64,000 nt of DNA from an uncultured Chthonomonadaceae bacterium (GCA_963835065.1 CAWIEK010000053.1:96001-160000); one strand, 5' to 3'; counted from the stretch's first letter, positions 1 to 12,626 are shown. The notes: generated from the letters alone by a model not told the origin. Made by a program: numbers and translations.

Positions 1-106
1 CTGGCTGCATGGCCGCCCGGAAGTAGCCTTTGTCCATGTGGACGAATTGGAAGATGCGTGGAACCCGGAACCGCGCCAGTATCAGCATATCGTGGACTTG
101 CTTTGA
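1..106 (+). CDS. 3' end of a CDS truncated by the window edge
   Basis: Frame starting at base 2 reads WLHGRPEVAFVHVDELEDAWNPEPRQYQHIVDLL then TGA at 104-106. Confidence 0.55.
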   Translation, partial: WLHGRPEVAFVHVDELEDAWNPEPRQYQHIVDLL

Positions 107-261
107 AGCGACTCGGAACTCAACAAGCCCACGATTGTTATCGTGCCGCCTGCATCCGGCATATACCATCTAAATTCTTTGCCGAATATTAGGCATTCGG
201 CCAATCGTCCTGCGGACGCGAATTATACCAAGTTGAAGAGTTTTGCTTATCAGGAGTTCTC

Positions 262-810
262 ATGTCAACATCAGAAAAAGATAATGATGAAGAACTACAA
301 GATGCTTGTTGGGCATGGGATGAGTCATGGGCTGACAGATGTGAATTCGTAAATAGGGAAACCAAAACCATTCTGCTCATTCCCGCGAACACACTTGGAG
401 TGCATGCCTTCGGCGGCAGTGGCGGACTTGTGCATGACCGGGTGCGGCAGGAGATGTTCCATATCTACACCTCAACGGAAGTGCCAATCTATCTTGACGC
501 CGTTGCCCGTGAATTGCTGGCGGAAGGCCGCGCCAATTTCGCCCGTTACGAACTCGACAGGGAGTTTCTCGTTGAACACGGCAACGACACCATTCTATTC
601 TGCTGGCGCAGCGACCGCGTACTCAACACGATTGCCGCACAATTGCGCATTGCCGAGTATGACGTGGCTTTGGAAGACCACGCGGTGACGATACAAAACG
701 TATCTCCTGAGCAGATTGCTGAGTGGGCAGGCGCCCTTGCCTTGCTCAAAATCGCCGAACGCAGCGGTCTCTGGCAGCAACGCTTTCCACAAGCACAAGC
801 CGTTGTTTAA
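262..810 (+). CDS. hypothetical protein (182 aa)
   Basis: ORF with AGGAG RBS upstream; no recognised motif. Confidence 0.6.
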   Translation: MSTSEKDNDEELQDACWAWDESWADRCEFVNRETKTILLIPANTLGVHAFGGSGGLVHDRVRQEMFHIYTSTEVPIYLDAVARELLAEGRANFARYELDREFLVEHGNDTILFCWRSDRVLNTIAAQLRIAEYDVALEDHAVTIQNVSPEQIAEWAGALALLKIAERSGLWQQRFPQAQAVV

Positions 811-902
811 CTCTCAACAGTTTGGGACAGTAAGAAGAATTTTGTCTTCTTTTCGTTTGGTTCGCGGGTTTCGCGGTTTCTAATGTATTCAGGAGGTGTT
901 CG

Positions 903-1704
903 ATGCGATTTGGCGTGTGCGCCGGGCCGGAAAAGGCCGAGGTTCTGGCCGGGGTGGGCTACGATTTTATTGAATTGTCCGTTGCCGGCGATCTTATGGC
1001 GGCAGCGGAGGACGCGGATTGGCAGGCCGTCCGCGCCCGCCTGCTGGCGCTGCCCCTGCCGCCCGAAACGTTCAATTCGTTTGTGCGCGTGGGCAAAATC
1101 GCCGGCCCGGACGTGGATTTCTCCCTGCTGACGGCGGTATGTGCAGACGGCATTGGCGCGGGCGGCGGAAATCGGCGGCAAAATTATTGTGTTCGGCAGT
1201 GGCGGGGCGCGTAATGTGCCGGAAGGCTTCGACAGGGAACTGGCCGCGCGGCAAATTCGGGAATTTCTCGATTTGTGCGCTGATGTTTCCGAGCAGACCG
1301 GGGTTGTGGTTGCCATTGAACCCTTACGCCGCGCCGAATCCAACATCATCAATCTGGTGAGCGAAGGCGCGCATTTAGCGCGGCAGATCGCGCGTCCGGG
1401 TGTGCGCGATCTGGGCGATACCTACCACATGGAGCAGGAAGGCGAACCGTTGTCCGCGCTGGTGGAAGCGCGGGACGTTCTGGCGCACGTCCATGTGGCG
1501 GATACGGGGCGATTGGCTCCGGGAACGGGCATTTACGATTATGTGTCGCTGTTCGGCGCGCTGCGGGATGCCGGCTACGATGCCCGCGTGTCCATTGAGT
1601 GCGGTTTCGGCCCGGATTTTGCAGGCGAAGTCGCTTACGCGCTGACACACCTGCGCGCCGCGTATGATGCCGCCAACAACGGCGAAGTGGAAGACAGTGC
1701 ATAG
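903..1704 (+). CDS. sugar phosphate isomerase/epimerase (xylose isomerase-like TIM barrel); split by a frameshift near 1130
   Basis: ORFs 903-1214 and 1141-1704 join. Motifs GYDFIEL, IVFGSGGAR, IEPL...E, DTYHM, HVHVAD, SIEC. RBS AGGAGG. Confidence 0.85.
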
Positions 1705-1725
1705 ATTCTTATTGATATAGATTTT

Positions 1726-3332
1726 TTACGGCAGGATGGCCGCGCCCGTGCGCAGCAGCCCGAACTGAAACACTTTCCAGCCGCTCGGACGCTTCACGAG
1801 ATACAATCTGGCTCCCACTTTGTAGTCCTGGCCGTCCTCCTGCCGCGCATCAATCCACGCGAGAACGTTCAGGCCGGGCAGAGTACGGTCAACCTGCCAG
1901 CCGTCCACGCTGAACGGAACCCATCCAGCAGGCGGGGCGCGGCTTCAAACGCGAAGTCTGTTTTCAGCGTGAAGGATTGCCAGCGCGGCTGAGCGCGCAA
2001 GCGCTCCTGCCATGCCTTCTGCCACACGTCCTCACCCGTCAGACCGCTTCGCTTGTCCGGGCGCGTGATTTCCAGCAGCCGCTCCACGTCCACAACGCTT
2101 CGCAATTGCGCGGCATCATGGTGTCGCCACGCCTGAGAAAACGTCCACACGGCTTGCTCAACTTCAGCCTTTTCCGGCTGCGTCATGTCCAGCCAGACCG
2201 GTTTTACAATGCGTTCCGCCGGAAGGGAAGCAGTTTTGGCAGGCAGATTATAGGCCGCAACTACGGGCTTATTTCCAGGCAGGCGCGGGGGATTCACCCA
2301 GGCTGTCGGAAAAGAGGAAGCCGGATTTTGATAGGTGATCGTGCTGTGGCTTCCCCATGGAGAACCATAGCGCGCCCCATGTTCTGCCGCGCTGCTCTGC
2401 AATTTGCCGTTGCGGTCAAACCAGAGTGTAAGCGATTCAGGAGAGTAGTAGTCTGTGAGCTTCCCCGCTCCGGGGGGAAGCTCCCGCTTGAGTTTGCTGA
2501 ACTGCATCCTCAGTATGGTTTCTCCGGCGACCTGTTCTTCAGTATACGAGGCTTCGATTTGCCCCGCTTCCCCACCTTCCAAAACCTCCTTCAGAACACG
2601 GGAAGCCTCGTCCGCCAGCGCTTTGGCCTCATTATTCTCCGGTTGCGCCGGGTCGCAAGGCGTCCAGGTCATCCGCACCCATTTGTTATTATCGCCCAGT
2701 GGTTCCCACTGAAACCACACTCCACCCGGCGTACTGCAAGCGTATGCGGGCACATAATAAGTAGATGGCGTGGCGGCAGACGGTGCGCTCGGGACGGGAA
2801 CCTGGCGTGAAGTTTGCGTGAACGCATAGCCATTTTGCCACCAGGTGTTGGAATAACTCAGGCGTTCCCGATGTGAAGTATCGCTTGCATCCGAGATGGT
2901 GTGTACGATGGAAGGCGCTTCGTTGGGTTGCTCCAGATTGTTGATGGCGGAATACAGCAGCCGTTCCGTCGCGTTATAGGGAAAGAATTTAAGCCAGGCT
3001 GTCCGTCCGGCAATGACAAGCCCCGCCGCGCCCACAGCCAAGCGGGGCAGCAGCCACGCCCACGATACGCGCCCGTTGCTTCGGCCCAAAAACGATCTCC
3101 GCGCCGGGGCTGTGACAAGCCGCTGCTGAAACGCGGCGTACAGGTCGGGCAGGGGAAGTTGGGGCGCGGCAGCGTCGGCTTGCAGCAAGCCCGTGACGCG
3201 CTGCAAGTCCCTGTATTCGGCGTTACAGGCGGGGCAGGCTTTGAGATGCGCCTGTACCTGCGCGTTCGCGGTTGGGGAAAGTTCCCCCTCCGAGTGAAGC
3301 GGAAGCAAGTTGGCGATAGTTTTGCAGTTCAT
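1726..3332 (-). CDS. zinc-finger (HxxxCxxC) anti-sigma factor with TM helix and extracytoplasmic domain; probable frameshift near 1930
   Basis: N-terminus MNC...HLKACPAC, then a hydrophobic segment. Overlaps the stop of the upstream ECF sigma gene (ATGA). C-terminus continues in ORF 1726-1908. Confidence 0.8.
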
Positions 3333-3919
3333 GCGTCTTTTTCCTTTTCACTCCCCCACATCGGCTTGAGCAGGTTTTTCAAAGCGTTCTTGGCGCGGTG
3401 CGCGCGCATTTTGGCCTGTCCGACGTTGCAGCCCAACACTTCGGCGATTTCCTCGCTCGACAGTTGTTCGTAATACTTTAGAATCAGCGTCATGCGCGCG
3501 TCTGCGGGCAACTCCTGCAAGGCTTGCCGAATCAGTATGCTGTCGGCAGGAGGCAGGGCATCGGGCGCGGGCAACTCCTGCAAGGCTGCCGAAGAAGCGG
3601 AAAACTGCCTGCGCCGCGCCCTGCGCCTGGAACGTTCGCCGCATTTGCGAACCAGTATCCGGTACGCCCACGTTTGAAACGCCGCGCCCCGCCGAAAATG
3701 GCGCAGGCCGTGATAAATGTCCACAAACGTTTCCTGCGTGACATCCTCGGCTTCCTCCTCATCCCCCAGGAACCGCCGCGCCACGCTCAGAAAGCGCCCC
3801 TGATACTTGCGAAACAGGGTTTCAAACGCGCCCGCATCGCCCGCAAGAAATTGGAGAATCAAACTATGATCTTCGCTGTCCGGCGAAACATCGAGCGGCA
3901 GCGCCGCCTCATTGGGCAT
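3329..3919 (-). CDS. ECF-type RNA polymerase sigma-70 factor
   Basis: Region 2 (AEDVTQETF, FQTWAYRI) and region 4 (LKYYEQLSSEEIAEVLG...RAHRA). Likely start MPNEAA at 3919. Confidence 0.9.
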   Translation of the reverse strand: MPNEAALPLDVSPDSEDHSLILQFLAGDAGAFETLFRKYQGRFLSVARRFLGDEEEAEDVTQETFVDIYHGLRHFRRGAAFQTWAYRILVRKCGERSRRRARRRQFSASSAALQELPAPDALPPADSILIRQALQELPADARMTLILKYYEQLSSEEIAEVLGCNVGQAKMRAHRAKNALKNLLKPMWGSEKEKDA

Positions 3920-3934
3920 GCAGCACCTCTTGGG

Positions 3935-4032
3935 ATTTTCGATTGATGATTTTCGATTGATGATTAACAATGCAACTTATGCATCTTCCATCTTCCATCT
4001 TCTGCCTTCTGTCTTCTGTCTTCTGTCTTCTT
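3935..4032. repeat. intergenic tandem heptamer and 14-mer tract
   Basis: TTTTCGATTGATGA x2, then (TCTTCCA)2 and (TCTTCTG)n. Confidence 0.8.
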
Positions 4033-4109
4033 CCTACCATTAGTGTGCGCGAGAAGACAAAACGTAACCGGGCAGGAGAAAATCTTTTTCGCGTCGAAAT
4101 AGAGGCGCA

Positions 4110-4952
4110 ATGAAAGCATCGGCCAGGAACGCGGAAGACTCCGCTTTGAACGAACAACACACACAGGCACAGCAGGAGAGGCAGGCGCGGCAGGCGCATA
4201 CGAGCCGCATTGTGGCCCTGCTGGAAGCGGAATATGGCGTCCCGGAATGGCTGCCCCGGCTTGATCCGCTGGAAGAGTTGGTCGCCTGCATCCTGTCGCA
4301 GCACACGTCGGATGTCAACTCGTTTCGGGCGTTTGCGCGACTGCGGGACAGGTATCCCTCGTGGCGCGCGGTTGAAGAAGCGCCGGCCTCGGAACTCGCG
4401 GACACCATTCGCTGCGGCGGGCTGGCGGACAGCAAAGCGCCCCGCATACAGGCCGTGCTGCGCGCCATAGAAGCCAAACACGGCACTTTGGAATTGACGT
4501 TTCTCAACACAATGCCGGATGCCGACGCCCGCGCTTATCTGATGTCGCTTCCCGGCGTCGGTCCCAAAACCGCCGCGATTGTGCTGTGTTTCGCTATGGA
4601 ACGGAATGTGCTGCCGGTAGACACCCATGTGTTTCGCGTCGCATGGCGCTTGGGACTGATTGACAAGAAAATCGGCGAAGCCAAAGCCCACGACGCGCTG
4701 CAAGCCCAAATCGCCCCGGATTTAACATATCGCTTCCACGTCGCTTTAATTCGGCATGGCCGCCAAACCTGCAAAGCGCTCGCGCCGCGCTGTGCCGCGT
4801 GTCCATTGACGGGGATGTGTGAGTATTATCAAAGGGGTCAGGATTCAGGGATCAGGGGTCAGGAACAAGGCGACAGCGTTTCTGCGCAAATGCCTGCCGG
4901 CAATATGCAGGATGGTAACAACAAAGACAGAGTGGCTGTTCCTGACCGCTGA
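4110..4952 (+). CDS. nth: endonuclease III-family HhH-GPD DNA glycosylase with 4Fe-4S motif
   Basis: LVACILSQHTSD, LPGVGPKTA, PVDTHVFRV, CKALAPRCAACPLTGMC. Confidence 0.9.
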   Translation: MKASARNAEDSALNEQHTQAQQERQARQAHTSRIVALLEAEYGVPEWLPRLDPLEELVACILSQHTSDVNSFRAFARLRDRYPSWRAVEEAPASELADTIRCGGLADSKAPRIQAVLRAIEAKHGTLELTFLNTMPDADARAYLMSLPGVGPKTAAIVLCFAMERNVLPVDTHVFRVAWRLGLIDKKIGEAKAHDALQAQIAPDLTYRFHVALIRHGRQTCKALAPRCAACPLTGMCEYYQRGQDSGIRGQEQGDSVSAQMPAGNMQDGNNKDRVAVPDR

Positions 4953-4974
4953 ATCCTGACACTTCGGAGGTTTT

Positions 4975-6666
4975 ATGCTTCTGCACGACATTATAACCGA
5001 AGGCGCGCAAACGCGCCCGCAGGAAATCGCGCTGATTTTTCGGGATCAGCCGCAAACATTCGCGGAATTGGCCGCGATGGTAAGCCGATTCGGGGCAGGA
5101 TTGGCGGCGCTTGGGATTGCAGCGGGCGATAAAATCGGCCTGCTGCTGCCCAATTGCCCGCCGTTCGTGTGGGCGTACTATGCCGCCTCGCAAATCGGCG
5201 CAATTGTCGTACCCGTCAATCCCCTGCTGAAAGCGGCGGAACTGGAATACATCTGGCGGGACGCGGACGTAAAACTCGTGGTTACGGCAGGCCCCCTGCT
5301 GCCCATCGCGCAGGCCGCGCGCCTCAATTTGCCCAACTTCCGCCACATCGTCAGCATCACGCCCCGCGAAGAACTTGCCGACACATCCCTCGCCGCCCTC
5401 CCCGGCCTGACGTTCCTGACTGATGTGCTGACAGGCGGGGAAGAACAGGGAACAGGGAACAGGAGAGCAGGGAACAGAAGGAACATGCTGAACAGGGGAC
5501 AGTGGATCAGTGAATAGAACGAGCATCCGAAGACAGAAGTCAGCATTCAGCAGCTCATCAATCGTCAATCGGCAATCGACTATCAGCAATCGACTAATGA
5601 CTGCGCTGTCATCATCTACACTTCCGGCACTACCGGGCATCCGAAGGGCGCGATGCTGTCACACCGGAATTTGACGCGGAATGTGGAACAGATACAGGCG
5701 CGCTTGCAGTTTCTGCCCGAAGACCGGTTTGTTACCGTGCTGCCGCTGTTTCATGCGTTTGCCGCAACCGTGTGCATGAACACCTGCCTTGCGGCGGGCT
5801 GCGCGTCCCTGCTGCTGGAAAACTTTACCCCGGCGCGCGTTCTGGAAACTATCTCCAGGCATAAGGCGACCATTTTCCCCGCCGTGCCCGCCATATTCAA
5901 TGCCGTGCTGAATCTTCCCGTCGAACACGCTCCCGATACCTCCAGCCTGCGCGTTTTGGTGTCGGGCGGAGCGCCGTTGCCCGCGCCGACATTGGCGGCA
6001 TTGGAGCAGCGGTTCGGCGTACCCGTTCTGGAGGGGGATGGGCCGACGGAGTGCAGCCCGGTCACGTCCGTCAACCCACTGGATGGGCCGCGCAAAATCG
6101 GCAGCGTCGGCCCTGCCCTGCCGGACGTGGAAATCGCTATTTTCGACGCGCAGGACAAGCCTGTGGAAACGGAAGAGGTCGGTGAAATCGTCGTTCGTGG
6201 CGACAACGTGATGCTCGGCTACCTAAATCAGCCCGATGCCACCCGCGAAGCCATGACAAACGGTTGGTATCACACGGGCGATTTGGGTAAACTGGATGCG
6301 GACGGCTATGTGTTCATCGTGGATCGCAAAAAGGACATGATTATCACGGCGGGGCTGAACGTGTACCCGCGTGAAGTCGAAGACGTATTGCTTTCCCATC
6401 CCGGCGTAGCGGACGTGGCTGTCATCGGAACGCCGGACACCCTGCGCGGCGAGGATGTGCTGGCGGTTGTGGTCGCCCGCCCTGATGTTCCTGCCCCCTC
6501 CGAGCGCGACCTGATCCGCTATTGCCGAGAACGGCTGGCAAACTACAAAGTCCCGCGTCAAATTCTGTTCCGCGCAATGCTGCCGCGCGGCGCAACCGGC
6601 AAAGTGGTCAAGCGCCTGCTCAAAAAAGAACTGGAACTCGAATCCAACCCGCCAACGAGCGAGTAA
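4975..6666 (+). CDS. long-chain fatty acid--CoA ligase with a repeat-derived insertion carrying one in-frame TAG (5515-5517)
   Basis: ORFs 4975-5517 and 5653-6666 are in the same frame. IIYTSGTTGHPKGA, YHTGDLG, DRKKDMII, GLNVYPREVE. Confidence 0.85.
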
Positions 6667-6757
6667 CCTGCTATAGCGCTTCTTTATCTAAATGCTCTTT
6701 ACTTGATGCTCTTTACTTGGTCGCTGCTCTTCTCCCTGTTGTGAAAGGACGGTTCTC

Positions 6758-7916
6758 ATGCTCAACGATCCCGCCTACTTTTTGAATGAAGGCATGCGTC
6801 TGCTGCAAGCCGGCGATTTTACAAACGCGCTTGCCGCGCTGCAATCCGCCGTTCAGCAAAACCCGCAGGATGGCCGCGCCTATGGCTATCTTGGCATCGC
6901 TTATGCCCGCCTGGGCGATCTGAGCGCAAGCGTGTACGCGCTGCAGGAAGCCGCGCGCTTGCAGCCGCAGGATTCCAACGCGCAATACAATCTGGCTGTC
7001 GGGCTGATGCAGGCGCAGCGAACCGGGGAAGCCCGAACCGCGCTGGAACAGGCGCTGCGCTTGAATCCGGGCAATCAGCGCGCGCAGGCCGCGCTGCAAA
7101 GCCTGGCGACTGCGCCTGCCCCGCCTGCGTCCTATGCGCCGCTTGCCGCGCCTGTCCCACAGCAAACCCTGTATGCGCCGCAAATGCCTGCGCCGCAAAT
7201 GCCTGCGACATCCGCTCCTTATGGCTACGCGCCCAACATGCCTCCCACCGGATACGCGCCGAATACGCCGCCCGGCGGTTATGCGTCCAATGCGCCACCC
7301 GCGCCCATGCCGCTGAAATCAGCCTGCCATGATGCCGCTTAATGGCGGCGCGATGCCCCCGCCCGCTCCGAACTACGCCAATTACACGGTTCCCACTATG
7401 CAGACCCTGCCGTATGCCGCCCAACCCCCATCGGGCTACGCGCCAGGTTATGCGCCCGGCTACGGACCGGGCGTTCCTCCCGGTCCCGGCGCGGGCGGGA
7501 TGCAGTACGCTCCGAAACCGTTCCGGCAGACCGGGCTGCCACCCGCCGCCGGAACGCGCGTTCTGCGCGGATTGGGATGGGGCGCGCTGTTCGGGCAATG
7601 GTGGACGCTGTGGGTGGTCTTTTGGGATTTGATCGCGCACAGCAGCGGCGAACGCGACACCGGCCTGATGATTTTCGTTGCCCTTGTGTTAGGTGTCTTC
7701 TTCGCGGTGGTCGGCAGCGTCATGGGCCTGATTATCGGCATGATAGACGCGATGGAGGATGTGGGAGCCATTGTCGGCGTCGTGTTCGGCGTCCTGATGC
7801 TGGCGCTTGAGTATTCCATCACGCGCAACAGCATGATCTTTGTCAACATCCTCTTCTGGGGCTTTACGGGCCGCTTCATCGGCAGAAACATCGCCCTGCG
7901 CGTCCAGCAGTTTTAG
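6758..7916 (+). CDS. TPR protein with Pro-rich linker and C-terminal multi-TM domain; frameshift near 7320
   Basis: Three TPR-like repeats in 6758-7342. The Pro/Tyr/Gly-rich linker continues into ORF 7329-7916, which has about four hydrophobic helices. Confidence 0.7.
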
Positions 7917-8169
7917 GAGAGTTCACCACCCGATACGCTAGAGAAAAGAAGAAGAGAAGAGATTAAGAACCGCGAAACACACGAAACACACGAAAAAGGA
8001 CAAAAGGAGAAAAAGTATTGAATACAACCCTGCGAAATGGCTGCTCTTCTTTGCCCTCTTTGCTCCTTTGCGGTTCTTTTTGGTTTTCCTTTTCCGTTTA
8101 TTTCGTATGTTTCGCGGTTTCTATCTCCTCTTCTTCTCGTATTGGTTTTTCCTCTGTGTCTCTGTGTCT

Positions 8170-8799
8170 CTAGCGCAGCGGGTGGTTCACTTTTAGGCGG
8201 CGGGCGAACATGCCTGCGCTGCACAGGCCAAGCGCGGTCAGGAAGGCGATGTTGCCGGGTTCGGGCACGGCGGCGGACGTGAAGAAACGATAGGTGGCGG
8301 TGTAGGGCACGTCACTGGTTTGTCCCAAAGCAGTCGGAGGCGCAGCGGGCGCGATTCCGCCTACGGTGTTCAGCCGCTGAATGTAGGTTACATCGCTGAA
8401 GATACCCGTGCCGCTATGAGAAGCGGCGCTCAACAGCAATTGGGGAATGGAGTTGGGATTGGGGGAGGTTTGGCTTGCAATGCGCAATCCCACGACAGAA
8501 CTGCCATCCGCGTCGGACATCCACGTTGGCCCGGCAAAGTGCGTACCGACCTGCGTGGTTTCCGTCGCATCGGTGAACAGGCGCGCATCGGGCGCGATAA
8601 AATTCCATACGAACGCGCCGGCATTGCTCGGGTCGGAGGCGCTCTGGTAATCCTGAAAGCCGTCTCCGAAAACGGATAGGGACAGGAGGTTGCCCGGCGG
8701 CGGCGCAATCTGCGCGCGGGCTTGTCCTGCCGGTATCAGGAGGACGCTCCCCATCGCGGCGAGTATGAGGGGGGTGAGATTTTCCGAGTTCAGTTTCAT
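8170..8799 (-). CDS. DUF3455-family secreted protein with PEP-CTERM sorting signal
   Basis: Signal peptide; GTHFAGPTW, SIPQLLL, YIQRLNTVGG, VPYTATYRF; C-terminal VPEPG-TM-RR. Confidence 0.85.
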   Translation of the reverse strand: MKLNSENLTPLILAAMGSVLLIPAGQARAQIAPPPGNLLSLSVFGDGFQDYQSASDPSNAGAFVWNFIAPDARLFTDATETTQVGTHFAGPTWMSDADGSSVVGLRIASQTSPNPNSIPQLLLSAASHSGTGIFSDVTYIQRLNTVGGIAPAAPPTALGQTSDVPYTATYRFFTSAAVPEPGNIAFLTALGLCSAGMFARRLKVNHPLR

Positions 8800-8994
8800 G
8801 TTTCATGCCCTTTCCAGGAATTCTGTCTTGATTGGTCAAAACAGGGCAGCCGCGCTGTGTACGTTTGTTGAGGTTCTGACGGATTCGCGCGGCGCGCTGT
8901 TCTAAGAATATACCAGTACCTTAACAGTATAGTGACATTATCGTGATATTTCAGGGCGAAATCATGATAACTCTGTTCCCGACGATCAAAACCT

Positions 8995-10021
8995 TCACGC
9001 CAATTCCGGTTGTGAAGCAAACGAGTTTAGATGCTGCCGCATTTGCTTCCATATAGTGAGAATACGCTCGTCTTCCCTGATGTCGTCGCTGTTTTGCAGT
9101 TTGTTGTGGGTGATCAGCCAGTCATAAATTTCTTTTGCGCCCTCCGCGATGGGGATGGTATAGCGGAAGCCTAAATCCGTTTTGGCCGCTGTGGGATCGA
9201 AGCAATTGTTGTACGCGAAGTTGATGGCGGAGATATAAGCGCGTTTGTCCAGTTGGTACAAAATGTCCGTTGGTATGGCGACAAACTGCGGGGGCGGAGC
9301 GCCAATGCCTTCCGCAACGCGCGCATGGTACTGCTTCCACGTAACGCACTCGTCGCCGGGCAAATGGTAGCTTTTGCCGAACGTGGCCGGGTTGCCAAGC
9401 GCGTTGACAAAGGCGGGTGCGGCGTCGTCCCGATGCACGGAAGACCACAAACTGCTGCCGTCGCCATGCACGATAATCGGCTTGCCCTTTTTCAACCGAT
9501 CCAGATGGTAATTCGCACCCCCGAAACTATGCACTATCGCGCCCTGCTCGCTGTAGGTATGCACAGGACGAATCACGGTAAACGGCTGTTGTTCCCGCGC
9601 CTGCCACTCCCACAACAAGTTTTCGCAGGCCGCTTTCTTTTGCGCGTACTCCCATGCCGTCGGGCGAAACGGCTCCGACTCCTTTACGGGATAAGTGGAC
9701 GCGGGGCGGGCATACACATCCACCGTACTGCAAAACACAAGATGCCCGCATTTGCCGCCGAACGCGCGCAGCAAACTGCTGCACGTCTTCGGGCGCGTAG
9801 CCGATCATATCCACAACGCCGTCGAAGCGGGGCAGTTCGGCCATTTGCGCCTCGAACGCGGCATGGTCGTAGCGGTTGCCCGTCACCGTCGTCACTCGCC
9901 CCGCGAACTCCTGCGAGCGCTGCCCGCGATTATAGTGCGTCACCCTGTCGCCGCGTTCCAGCAGCAAGCGGGTAATCCCCGCGCTAATCAGTCCCGTTCC
10001 CCCGATAATCAGAACGTTCAC
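8995..10021 (-). CDS. NAD-dependent epimerase/dehydratase; frameshift near 9780
   Basis: N-terminal LIIGGTGLIS; CSTVDVY; YAQKK (YxxxK). Confidence 0.85.
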
Positions 10022-10138
10022 GACAACTCCTTTCAGGATAACCCTCTTGCCAATAGCGCGTATATCTAATGCCTGATGCCTAATGCCTAATGCCTATATG
10101 CCTTCCACATCTCACGCCGCGTCTGTAGTATACTGTGT

Positions 10139-12626
10139 ATGTCGAATTTGCAAACACCTTTACCTATGCGTAATCGCCAGTATACAACTCGCCCGCCATT
10201 CCCTTCGTCAGATGATGCGCCTCCCGTTCCCCACGACGAGCAGGCTGCGCCACCCTACGCCTACAGTAAGAAGACAGAAGAGCAGGGAACAGGGAACAGG
10301 GAACAGGGAACAGAAGCAACTCAATCCACAATCCACAATCCACATTCGGCAATCGAAAATTCCCTCAACCCCTTTAGCGATACGCTGACGGGGGTTTTGG
10401 AGCGTGTCACGTACCATAATGAGGATAATGGGTACACGGTGGGGCGTTTAGCCGTCGAGGGCGCGCGGGATTTGATTACGGTTGTCGGTAATTTTACCAA
10501 CCCGGTTGTGGGCGAGCAACTCGTGTGCGAGGGCAAGTGGACGGCGCATAAAGAGTTCGGGCGACAGTTTGCGGTGGAGCGCTACCAGATGACCAAGCCC
10601 GCCACCGCCTTTGCCATTGAAAAGTATTTGGGCAGCGGCCTGATTAAAGGCATCGGGCCAGTCATGGCGAAGCGCATGGTGGATTTGTTCGGACTGGAAA
10701 CCTTGGACGTGATTGAAACCGATCCGCGCAAATTGCTGCGCGTGGGCGGCATCGGCGAAAAGCGGATCGAGAAAATCCAAAAGGCCTGGCACGAGCAGCG
10801 CGAAATTCGCAACGTGATGCTGTTTTTGCAGGGGCATGGCGTGTCGGCAACCTATGCGGTGAAAATCTACAAGACGTATGGCGACAAGGCGATACGAACC
10901 GTTGAAGAAAACCCGTACCGATTGGCGCAGGACATCTGGGGCATCGGGTTCAAAACGGCGGACAAGATCGCGCAGCAGATGGGCATTGCGCTTGAAAGCG
11001 AAAAACGTCTGGAAGCCGGATTGCTATACACCCTTTCGGAAGCGACGGACTTTGGGCATTTGTTCCTTCCCGAACCGAAACTGCTCACGTCGGCAGCCGA
11101 AATTTTGAGCGTGGAACCCGAAATCATCGCGCCCATCATGGAAAACATGGCCGCATCGGAAGCCGTAATCGCCGAGGATGTGGAAGGCGTCGAAATGGCG
11201 GGACGAGCAATGCGCGCCTTCTACCATCCCGCGCTGTATTATACGGAAGTGGGATTGGCCGCGCAAATACGCCGCAGGTTACAGCAGGACGCGGACAGGC
11301 CCGTGAACCGGGAAAAGATCGCCGCATGGATTACGCAGCAGGAAAAGCAGGCCGATATTACGCTGTCCGAGGAGCAGTCCGAGGCTGTAATGCTGGCTCT
11401 GGAAAAGAATTTTCTTGTGCTGACAGGCGGCCCGGGGACGGGTAAGACCAGTGTCACCAATTTGATTGCCCGCGCTTTCGACGCGCAGCATAAAAAGATG
11501 GTGCTGGTATCTCCCACCGGGCGCGCGGCCAAGCGCTTGAGCGAAGTGACGGGGCGGGAAGCGATGACCATTCACCGCCTGCTCAAGTTCGACCCGGCCA
11601 CGCACAGTTTTCAGTACAACGAGCAGAACCCACTTCCCTGTGATGTGCTGATTGCCGACGAGGTTTCCATGCTGGACGCGGTGCTGGCAAACAACCTGCT
11701 CAAAGCCATCCCGGAAACCGCGCAGGTGGTGTTTGTCGGTGACAGCGACCAACTTCCTTCAGTGGGCGCGGGCAACGTGCTGGGCGACCTGCTGAATTCA
11801 GGCGTGGTTCCGTCCATTCGCTTGACGCAGGTGTTCCGGCAGGCGCAGCAGAGTTTGATTGTGACCAACGCGCACAAAATTCGCAAGGGCGAGTTCCCCG
11901 TTCTGGTTCCGCCCAAGGAGCGCGACGGCAAGAACATGCTGTTTGTCGAAGTGGAGGAGGGGGAGGAGGGCGCGGACAAGGTTGTCGCGCTGGCCCGTAA
12001 GTCCCTGCCCGGCTTGGGCTATCGGGGCGATGATGTGCAGGTGTTGTCCGCGCTGAAAAAAGGCTCGTTGGGCGTGGACTATCTGAACCTGCGCCTGCAG
12101 GACGCGCTCAATCCCGCCGACCCGACAGGACGCGCGCCGGAACTGCTGCGGGGTTCGCGCCGGTTCCGCATCGGCGACCGCGTAATTCAGCTTGTCAACA
12201 ACTACGACAAGAACGTGTTCAACGGCGACATCGGCACAGTCGCCGACATCAAGCCGGAAGACCAAATCTTCTTCGTGCGCTTCGGGGAAGAAACCATCGA
12301 GTACGATTATGCCGACTACGATGAGTTGCAACTTGCATATGCGGTTTCAGCATCCATAAAGGCAGGGCAGCGAGTACAAAGCCGTGATTTTAGTGATGCA
12401 CTCCAGCCAGTACATGATGCTGCAGCGCAATTTGCTGTACACGGGCCTGACGCGGGCGCGCGACTTGTGCGTACTCGTCGGCGACAAAAAAGCCATTGCC
12501 CGCGCCGTCAAGAACGACAAAACCACCCGCCGCTATACTCGCCTCGCCGACCGCCTGCGCGAACAAAACAAGACTGATGAAGTACCAGTAAGCACAGTAT
12601 CTGCAAGTGGAAATCAGAGTTCTTGA
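10139..12626 (+). CDS. recD2: RecD2 (RecD/TraA-family) ATP-dependent DNA helicase; frameshift near 12350
   Basis: YLGSGLIKGIGP, GIGFKTADKIA, Walker A GGPGTGKT, DEVSM, GDSDQLPSVG, FRQA. HK...QG.EY and LLYTGLTRA follow the frameshift. Confidence 0.92.
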
